In this document: one piece after another, positions 7,049 through 13,446 of the stretch
Position numbering within the stretch: position 1 is the stretch's first letter
Layout: each line of letters opens with the position of its first letter
DNA from: a virus
DNA length: 41,394 nucleotides
Strand: one strand, 5' to 3'
IMG/VR virus record: IMGVR_UViG_3300045988_021887
Location: 1 to 41,394 of that record
Notes under the pieces: generated by a model
Told to the model about the DNA's origin: nothing
The model's input: the letters and a program-made list of their open reading frames with translations, nothing else
The model's database searches: none
Translations under genes and position numbers: made by a program

Positions 7049-7821
7049 ATGAAAATCGAGTTATTTAATGATAATTTTCAGAATTTTAAAAGATATGGAA
7101 TACCAAAAGCACAGTTGGTGATTGCTGATATTCCATACAATCTAGGAAACAACGCTTATGCCAGCAATCCTATGTGGTATGTAGACGGTGATAACAAGAA
7201 TGGTGAAAGCAAAAAAGCTGGTAAAGCATTCTTTAATTCTGATTACAACTTTAACATTGCAGAGTATTTTCACTTTTGCAATCGGTTGCTAAAAAAGAAC
7301 CTAAAGAACGTGGACAAGCACCTTGCATGATAGTTTTTTGTAGTTATCAACAGCAACCAATGGTGATTGAGTACGCAAATAAACACGGTTTTAAAAATTA
7401 TATTCCTATTACCTTTAATAAAAATTATAGTGCGCAAGTTTTAAAAGCAAATATGCGTATTGTTGGTGCGACTGAATATGCGCTAGTTTTATACCGTGAA
7501 AAACTTCCTAAGTTTAATAACAACAAAAAAATGATATTTGATCACTTTGAATGGAAACGTGATAACAAAAATATCGTTCCTAGCATTCATCCAACACAAA
7601 AACCAGTAAGCGTATTGAAAAAGTTGATAGAAATATTTACTGATGAGGGTGATGTAGTAATTGACCCAGTAGCTGGTAGTGGTAGCACATTAAGAGCGGC
7701 TATGGAGCTAGGAAGAAGTGCTTATGGGTTTGAAATCGATAGAAGAATGTACGCTAAAGCTAAAGAGGAAATGTTGAGCGATGTAAAAGTACAAACAAAT
7801 TTAATGGAGTTTGCAGAATAG
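7049..7821 (+). pseudogene. Beta-class N6A/N4C DNA methyltransferase split by a -1 frameshift at an A6 tract (pseudogene, phase-variable or recoded)
   Basis: The N-terminal part (7049..7330) carries ADIPYN. The C-terminal part (frame -1, to 7821) carries HPTQKP and DPVAGSGST. The two frames join at CTA AAA AAG (7289..7297). Confidence 0.7.
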
Positions 7822-7836
7822 AAAAGAGAGATAACT

Positions 7837-8109
7837 ATGAATGAATTTCAAGAAAAAGCAATTAATGCAGCAAGAACAGTTTTATTTAATGAGTTTGGTT
7901 ATAATGCTAATGAAATAGCACCTATGGATATGTATATAGTTTGGTTTTGCAAAACATTACAAAATTGGAAAGCATTGGTAAGCGGTGTACATATCAAAGA
8001 GTATATCGAGGTTACATATAATGGAGATAAACAAGAGGTTTATGTTGATGTGTATCAAAAAGCATGTAATCAATGCTTAAAAGATGGCGGTGATGATCGT
8101 TGCCAATAA
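7837..8109 (+). CDS. Hypothetical protein
   Basis: 90-aa ORF. Confidence 0.5.
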   Translation: MNEFQEKAINAARTVLFNEFGYNANEIAPMDMYIVWFCKTLQNWKALVSGVHIKEYIEVTYNGDKQEVYVDVYQKACNQCLKDGGDDRCQ

Positions 8110-8474
8110 ACAGTAAACAAAAAGGTGCTAGAGGCGAACGGATGTGGCGTGATGTATGCCGTGCCAATGGGTTCGATAAAGTACGGCGAACTGCACAATA
8201 TTGCGGTAATACAGGTGATGCAGCTGATTGTATAGGGTTACCAAATATCCATCAAGAGGTTAAGTGTGTAGAAAGGTTGAATGTATATGGTGCATACAAT
8301 CAAGCGAGCAGGGATGCAAAAGTAGCTGGCAAAGGCGAAATACCTATAGTTGCATGGAAAAGAAAGTATAAGCCATTTTTAGTAGTGATGAGTGCGGATG
8401 ATTTTTTCCGCATATATAGAGAAAGTGAATGGAGTGAAGAACGTAATGGAACAAATGAAAGTGAAATTGGTTAA
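8100..8474 (+). CDS. PD-(D/E)XK nuclease, Holliday-junction-resolvase-like (Hjc/RecU type)
   Basis: SKQKGARGERMW...GDAADCIG...HQEVKCV matches the KG..ER / D / E-x-K layout. TTG start. Confidence 0.55.
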   Translation: MPINSKQKGARGERMWRDVCRANGFDKVRRTAQYCGNTGDAADCIGLPNIHQEVKCVERLNVYGAYNQASRDAKVAGKGEIPIVAWKRKYKPFLVVMSADDFFRIYRESEWSEERNGTNESEIG

Positions 8475-8874
8475 TGAATACGCACAACTACCAACAAGAG
8501 GTAGTGAAGATGCAGCTGGGGTAGACCTATATTGCCCGTTTCACATCAAAGTGCCTGCAGATAGTCAAAAGAAAATACCACTAGGGGTGGCGGTGGAAAT
8601 ACCGAAAGGGTATATGGGGTTACTTGTGCCACGAAGTAGTATGAGTAAAACACCATTACGATGTGCAAATAGCGTAGGGATTATAGATGCTGACTATAGA
8701 GGCGAATTAAGCATCGCATATGAAAATGTATCTTGTAGCGACTACACGATATTTAGAGGTGATCGCATCGCACAATTAATCATCGTACCAGTAGCAATGG
8801 TAGATGTAGTAGAAGTAGATGAATTAAGCGAAACAGAACGAGGTACTGGCGGTTATGGTAGTACTGGTAAATGA
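8446..8874 (+). CDS. dut: dUTP diphosphatase
   Basis: AAGVDLY, RSS, GIIDADYRGE, GDRIAQLII and a C-terminal ERGTGGYGSTGK. Start chosen at MEQMKVKL. Confidence 0.9.
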   Translation: MEQMKVKLVNEYAQLPTRGSEDAAGVDLYCPFHIKVPADSQKKIPLGVAVEIPKGYMGLLVPRSSMSKTPLRCANSVGIIDADYRGELSIAYENVSCSDYTIFRGDRIAQLIIVPVAMVDVVEVDELSETERGTGGYGSTGK

Positions 8875-9385
8875 TTAAACAAGCGTTGATAAGTGGTGCT
8901 AAATCTGATGAATGGTATACACCTATTGAAGTTGTAAGAACAATGCTTGATGTGTATCCACCTAAAAAGGGCGATAGAGTGTTGATGCCATTTGATACAG
9001 ATAAGAGCAATTTTGTAAAAGTAATAACAAAAGAGTATGACGAAAACGCAGTATATGGAATAACTGATTTTATGACTAATACATATGATTTTGATTACTT
9101 AATCACAAACCCACCTTACAGTAACAAGGATGAAATTATAGCAAGATGCATAGAAAGTGGTAAGCCGTGTGTACTGGTATTACCTATTGATGCACTGGGG
9201 GGGTACAAAGGCACAAGCTATACAGTAAAACGAACATAAGTGTCTACGTACCTACAAAAAGAATTAAGTTTATAAGTGAAAATGGCGAGCATAAAAAATC
9301 GCCAGCAAACCATAGCGTGATCATGATGATTAACGCACCTAAAACAGAGATTATATTTGAATATCAAAAGGAGAAATTAACATGA
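8871..9385 (+). pseudogene. DNA (adenine) methyltransferase split by a frameshift at a G7 tract
   Basis: SDEWYTP and ITNPPYS lie in frame 0. Frame 0 stops at 9239, but 60 stop-free codons (VQRHKLYSKTNISVYVPTKRIKFISENG...IIFEYQKEKLT) continue in the -1 frame from the G run at 9197..9203 to the TGA at 9383..9385. Confidence 0.65.
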
Positions 9386-9432
9386 ACAAAAAATTAGTAG
9401 CAGAAGTGGAAGCGTTGAAAGCTGGCAAATAA
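9382..9432 (+). CDS. Possible 16-codon micro-ORF (MNKKLVAEVEALKAGK)
   Basis: ATG 8 nt after AAGGAG. Too short to validate. Confidence 0.2.
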   Translation: MNKKLVAEVEALKAGK

Positions 9433-9433
9433 T

Positions 9434-9643
9434 ATGTGTACACCTATTAGGCAATATACAGGAAATATAGAAACACTAGAAACAAAAACAAAAGATTTAA
9501 AAGCAATGGCGAATATGAATGCAGAAGTTAATAGATATGCATTTAGATATATGCAAGAGTTATTCTTCAATGCGATCATAGGTATATCGATATTCGTTTT
9601 ACTGTTTGGGTTTGTGGTGTTGATTAAAGTGTTAATTGGTTAA
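9434..9643 (+). CDS. Small C-terminally membrane-anchored protein
   Basis: 69 aa with C-terminal TM helix IIGISIFVLLFGFVVLIKVLI. Confidence 0.5.
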   Translation: MCTPIRQYTGNIETLETKTKDLKAMANMNAEVNRYAFRYMQELFFNAIIGISIFVLLFGFVVLIKVLIG

Positions 9644-9648
9644 TGTAT

Positions 9649-9668
9649 GGGCGGTGAAATATCCGCCC
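9649..9668 (+). terminator. GC hairpin (weak terminator or attenuator)
   Basis: GGGCGG-N8-CCGCCC with no clear T-run. Confidence 0.3.
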
Positions 9669-9685
9669 TATCATAAGAGGTGAGT

Positions 9686-9880
9686 ATGAGTGCTTTTTAC
9701 AGAAAAACTAGGCAGTATATACTTTCCGCATATAGCTTTGAAAGTTTAGATGAGATTAGTAGCCGTGTATATGATGCTTATAATGTAGGGGAACTTACAG
9801 ATAAAGAATATCACAAGCTAGTAAAACTTATGGACTATATAGTTGAAAAGGGCGTTAAGTGTATAAAGATAGGGTTATAA
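9686..9880 (+). CDS. Hypothetical protein
   Basis: ATG 5 nt after AAGAGG (the ORF track starts at GTG 9680). Confidence 0.5.
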   Translation: MSAFYRKTRQYILSAYSFESLDEISSRVYDAYNVGELTDKEYHKLVKLMDYIVEKGVKCIKIGL

Positions 9881-9892
9881 GAGGTGAGTAAA

Positions 9893-10204
9893 ATGAATGA
9901 AGAAAATAAAAATGAATTAAGTATTAGTGAACCTGAATGGCAAGCTAGATTTAGAGGAGAGTATAAGGGATTAAAAGAGCGTTACAACAAACTGCACAGA
10001 ATGATTGTTAAATATGATGCTGGAACTTTAGATTTTAAACCAACGTGTCCTATAGATTTATTGCGTAGGCAAAAGGCTACTATGGGAGAGTATTTAAACA
10101 TACTTGAAATTAGAGCAGAAATTGAAAATATACGTGGTTTAGAGGATGATAACACTAAAGTAAAAATCGATTATGAAATAGCAAAGAATGGGAGATTTGC
10201 ATGA
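9893..10204 (+). CDS. Conserved phage protein (crAss001_48-like family by recollection)
   Basis: EWQARFRGEYKGLKERYNKLHRMIVKYDAGTLDFKPTCPIDLL...EYLNILEIRAEIE. Function unknown. Confidence 0.5.
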   Translation: MNEENKNELSISEPEWQARFRGEYKGLKERYNKLHRMIVKYDAGTLDFKPTCPIDLLRRQKATMGEYLNILEIRAEIENIRGLEDDNTKVKIDYEIAKNGRFA

Positions 10205-10449
10205 GTAACTATAGCGGTTACGTTGAACACTCCGACTTTTACATAAGACCTCAAAGTTACCAAGATGCATTTGATTTCTTGTGCCAGTTGGCATTTGAAA
10301 GCGAAGAAACTGTGTTCTGTATTGGCAAAGCTATTGAGTACGATAAGAGTAATGGTTTTGATGAAGATGATAATTTTTATTTAGAAGATGAAGTGATGTT
10401 TGTTTGGAATGAGGAAAAAGGAGCGTGGGTAGAGTATGATCACAGATAA
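10201..10449 (+). CDS. Hypothetical acidic protein
   Basis: 82-aa ORF with ATGA overlap. Confidence 0.5.
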   Translation: MSNYSGYVEHSDFYIRPQSYQDAFDFLCQLAFESEETVFCIGKAIEYDKSNGFDEDDNFYLEDEVMFVWNEEKGAWVEYDHR

Positions 10450-10867
10450 ACAAGGTCAAGAATGGTTACTACAAAAGCTATATGATGCTGGGTGGCGATA
10501 TTATGCTAAAAATGTTGGTGGTACTGCATTTTTAACAACGAAAAAGCCAATTACAAATCAAGGTATATTAGAAATAACAAGTGGTGGTACTACAAGGTGT
10601 ATTAATAACATAAGCGAAATAATGCCTGTGATTGATAGAAATGGTTTAGTAGACATTGCAGAAGAGTTAGGCATTGTTGATTGGTCAAAAGTTTCGGTTG
10701 ATACACCTGTATTAGTAAGTAACGATAATAAAGAATGGGTTAAAAGATATTTTGCGAGATACGAAGATGGAAATGTATATTGCTGGCTGGGTGGAAAAAC
10801 ATCATGGACTGCCATTTGTGAACTTTCGATTGGACATTGGAATTACACAAAACTAGCAGAGGTATAA
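10436..10867 (+). CDS. Hypothetical protein
   Basis: 143-aa ORF. Confidence 0.5.
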   Translation: MITDKQGQEWLLQKLYDAGWRYYAKNVGGTAFLTTKKPITNQGILEITSGGTTRCINNISEIMPVIDRNGLVDIAEELGIVDWSKVSVDTPVLVSNDNKEWVKRYFARYEDGNVYCWLGGKTSWTAICELSIGHWNYTKLAEV

Positions 10868-10871
10868 ATAC

Positions 10872-11006
10872 ATGATATGGTTTATGTTATTTTGTTTGAT
10901 AGTTGCTATGGGTAATGTGGACAATGGCTATGCAAATGCAATTATATTTATAGCTTGGTGCGTGTTGGTTTACTTGATGCTTATAAATGGTGGCTTTAAA
11001 GAGTGA
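10872..11006 (+). CDS. Possible 44-aa membrane peptide
   Basis: MIWFMLFCLIVAMGNVDNGYANAIIFIAWCVLVYLMLINGGFKE, two hydrophobic helices. Below the ORF-track cutoff. It fills an otherwise empty gap on the coding strand. Confidence 0.3.
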   Translation: MIWFMLFCLIVAMGNVDNGYANAIIFIAWCVLVYLMLINGGFKE

Positions 11007-11466
11007 GGTGAAGTGTTTGGGAGAATATGACGAAAAGAAACTAATAGAAATGGCGGTTGAGTACTTACAACCTGTTAAGTTAATTGATGTGCAGATTGCA
11101 TCAATTAAGGAAGAAATCAATCAACTAAGAGCGAACCTTACATCCATAGGTGCTATTGATTACTCAAAAGATAGAGTAACAGGCGGTGGAACTCCGCAAG
11201 GGTTAGAGGGTAGCGTAGCTAGATTTCTTGATACAGTAGCAGAACGTGATAAGCGTATTGATGAGTTATCAAAGTTAAAATGCGATGCGATCACTAAGAT
11301 AGATAGCCTAGATGAAAAGCTAGGGGCAATCATCTTGCGTTATGAATTTGTACTAAACAATACAACAGAAGATGCCTACAAAATGATTGGGTGCTACTCT
11401 ACTAAACAAGCCAAACGATACAAGCAAAAAGCATTATTGGAATTTGGGCAAAAACTTGTCCAGTAA
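10987..11466 (+). CDS. Late-gene transcriptional regulator (ArpU/RinA/DUF1492-like, sigma region-4-like HTH)
   Basis: IDYSKDRVTGGG motif and C-terminal AIILRYEFVLNNTTEDAYKMIGCYSTKQAKRYKQKAL. Last gene before the packaging module. The start is uncertain (ATG 10987 or TTG 11017 after GAGGTG). Confidence 0.6.
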   Translation: MVALKSEVKCLGEYDEKKLIEMAVEYLQPVKLIDVQIASIKEEINQLRANLTSIGAIDYSKDRVTGGGTPQGLEGSVARFLDTVAERDKRIDELSKLKCDAITKIDSLDEKLGAIILRYEFVLNNTTEDAYKMIGCYSTKQAKRYKQKALLEFGQKLVQ

Positions 11467-11521
11467 TGTCCGCAAATGTCCGTAATTGTCCGTGTACCTA
11501 TAGTTTGCTATTAGGTATAAT
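11467..11521 (+). promoter_or_regulatory. Three TGTCCG direct repeats at 10-bp phasing plus a TATAAT box (candidate regulator-dependent late promoter)
   Basis: TGTCCG at 11467, 11477 and 11487. TATAAT at 11516..11521, with no recognisable -35. Confidence 0.4.
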
Positions 11522-11585
11522 TAATATGTAGAAGTTGCCACTAAGCGACTACTACTCACTCTTTCCTTAGGATAAATCAAACACA

Positions 11586-11623
11586 ACAACAAGCACGCCC
11601 ATGTAAGAGCGTGCCTTTGTTGT
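11586..11623 (+). terminator. Intrinsic terminator
   Basis: Core stem GCACGC/GCGTGC (11593..11598 with 11609..11614), extended by ACAACAA/TTGTTGT, with a U-rich 3' side CTTTGTTGT. Confidence 0.6.
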
Positions 11624-11977
11624 ATATGGGCGAAATGGAACGTATAGCGCTAACGGTCGCAGAGTAGCAGCGCAACCATAATTGATTGTTAAGGAAACAA
11701 CACTATACTTTTTTCTAATTTCAATTTGAAGTATGTGTTAAGACAAAATTTTATATGTAAATTTACTGCTAACTGATAAGGGTGGGTCGAATATCCTCAC
11801 AATATATAGCTTATACATTATTAACCTTAAAGATATGAACCTGCCCTAATTGGTTATACACATTGAATACTGACAACTAGCAGCCTCCAAAAGAAACTTA
11901 TTCATATTCTTGTTGTTACTTAACCTAACACGATTACGATCCATCAAAATGTTAGTTGTTGGTATTGAGTGTGTAAT

Positions 11978-12090
11978 GATCATTGAAAACTAGGTGTGTT
12001 TCTCTTTTCCAACTTTGTATTTCTTATTCACATTTGAACTCCAAATTGCGTAAATTGTCATATCATCAACACACCTAGTTTTGAGTGATT
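11978..12090. repeat. Imperfect 23-bp inverted repeat flanking a 67-nt pyrimidine-rich spacer
   Basis: GATCATTGAAAACTAGGTGTGTT (11978..12000) against AACACACCTAGTTTTGAGTGATT (12068..12090). The inner 15 bp are perfect and 20/23 match overall. ATTGAAAACT repeats directly at 12091..12100. Confidence 0.65.
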
Positions 12091-12251
12091 ATTGAAAACT
12101 GGAGTTATATTTGTTTCCTAGGTACTTAACACACAATATAGAGTTTTAGAAGAAATGCTAATTCCTATGTGTTACATTGACAAGAGTTCAATGGTATAAC
12201 TTCGGTTTTAAATAATCAACACAATAAAAATGAATAAAACTATCACATAAT

Positions 12252-12284
12252 GAGGTATATCTACGTGGATATATCTCATTTTTT
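12252..12284 (+). terminator. Intrinsic terminator immediately upstream of the first late ORF
   Basis: 10-bp stem GAGGTATATC/GATATATCTC with one G-U pair, loop TACGTG, then ATTTTTT. It lies 28 nt before the ATG at 12313. Confidence 0.65.
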
Positions 12285-12312
12285 GCATAAATCTATCAAA
12301 GGTGGTACAAGA

Positions 12313-12507
12313 ATGACACAGATACATTGCGATAGAAAACATTGTCTAAACAATGACAAACATGGCATATGTACTGCCAAAACAATCGAATACAATGGCA
12401 GGTGTCAAACATATATTACACATAGTAGTGCAAGTAAAAATAAATGTGGCTTATGTGTTAGATCACATGGGAAATTAAAAAGGAAAGGTGGCGAAGTGCT
12501 GAAATGA
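12313..12507 (+). CDS. Cys-rich DUF1540-like protein
   Basis: ATG after AAAGGTGG. HCDRKHCLNNDKHGICTAKTIEYNGRCQTY resembles DUF1540. The ORF-track start at 12250 would run through the terminator. Confidence 0.5.
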   Translation: MTQIHCDRKHCLNNDKHGICTAKTIEYNGRCQTYITHSSASKNKCGLCVRSHGKLKRKGGEVLK

Positions 12508-12704
12508 TTAAAGCGATTAAACAATTCATTGAAGATAGAAAGTTATTCAAACAAGCAGCCAAGGACTTAAATAATAAAGATTTACAAGCCAAGGCGAAAT
12601 ACGCTTACGAACATCGTGGCGATAACATGATTACACTCATTGATGGTTTAGCTATCTTGTGTGCGGTACTAATCTTAATTGGTATTGTGTGGTGTTGGAT
12701 GTGA
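12504..12704 (+). CDS. Small protein with C-terminal TM helix
   Basis: 66 aa, C-terminal LIDGLAILCAVLILIGIVWCW. Confidence 0.5.
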   Translation: MIKAIKQFIEDRKLFKQAAKDLNNKDLQAKAKYAYEHRGDNMITLIDGLAILCAVLILIGIVWCWM

Positions 12705-12991
12705 ATTATCAACCAACGATAAAGAAGTTATTAACCGCATTACGGATGAATGGTAGACGATATACACTTGATGTAAGGCAATCATGGAGTAAATATGATA
12801 AGCCTTGCAAGATATATATCGTTAATCGAATGTACACAGAGGAAGAATACAAACTGACATTCCCTCATAAGTACAAAAAGGATAAGACGTTCAAACCGAA
12901 ACAACTCTATAAGAAAGAAAGTGAGTATAGCAGTACTAAGCAACATGAAGTACTGCTTTTTTTAGTTAAGACATATAAAGGTGGTGAGTAA
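12701..12991 (+). CDS. Hypothetical basic protein
   Basis: GTG start overlapping the previous stop (ATGTGA). The ORF track starts at 12659. Confidence 0.45.
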   Translation: MNYQPTIKKLLTALRMNGRRYTLDVRQSWSKYDKPCKIYIVNRMYTEEEYKLTFPHKYKKDKTFKPKQLYKKESEYSSTKQHEVLLFLVKTYKGGE

Positions 12992-12993
12992 CA

Positions 12994-13446
12994 TTGACGA
13001 ATATAGAAGAATTAGCACAAAAACTAACTAAGAAAGAACGCATATTCGCTGATGAATACGTTAAGACCACCAACGGAACACAAAGCGCAATTACTGCTGG
13101 ATATTCAGAAAAGACGGCAAGAAGTAAGGGTAGTCAGTTATTAACAAAAATAAACGTGCGCCAATATATAGAGGCAGTCATGAACGAACGTAGCAAAGAC
13201 ACAATCGCAACGGCTGATGAAGTGTTGGAATACTTGACTAGGGTTGTGCGTGGCGAAGAAAAAGATGCGTTTGGTTTAGATGTATCTGTTGCCGATAAAA
13301 CGAAAGCAGCCGAACTCTTAGGTAAAAGACATATGCTATTTACTGACAAGGTTAAGTTGGATGCAGAAATAGAGATTGATATATCAGACCGCATGAAACA
13401 AGCAAGGGTGAAGTCAGATGAAATACAACAAAGCGCAACTGATTGA
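12994..13446 (+). CDS. terS: Terminase small subunit (Terminase_2 type)
   Basis: LTKKERIFADEYVKTTNGTQSAITAGYSEKTARSKGSQLLTK..VRQYIE. Confidence 0.85.
   Translation: MTNIEELAQKLTKKERIFADEYVKTTNGTQSAITAGYSEKTARSKGSQLLTKINVRQYIEAVMNERSKDTIATADEVLEYLTRVVRGEEKDAFGLDVSVADKTKAAELLGKRHMLFTDKVKLDAEIEIDISDRMKQARVKSDEIQQSATD

Noticed and set aside
10887-11120. 77-aa minus-strand ORF between 10867 and the late regulator
   Set aside because: It is on the wrong strand for the operon, has no SD and overlaps the regulator gene. The plus-strand 44-codon ORF and the regulator start explain the region better.
11467-11492. Phased TGTCCG repeats considered as a mini-CRISPR array
   Set aside because: The units are 10 bp with 4-bp 'spacers', far too short. 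There are no cas genes. The pattern fits protein-binding sites.
11781-11800. GGTGGGTCGAATATCCTCAC, superficially like a tRNA T-arm (GGTTCGAAT)
   Set aside because: The flanking bases do not form a T-stem, acceptor stem or anticodon arm, so no cloverleaf can be drawn.
12250-12312. N-terminal extension of the DUF1540-like ORF proposed by the ORF track (start at 12250)
   Set aside because: The extension would be translated through a 10-bp-stem/T6 terminator and has no SD. The ATG at 12313 has AAAGGTGG upstream, and the conserved Cys-rich domain begins there.
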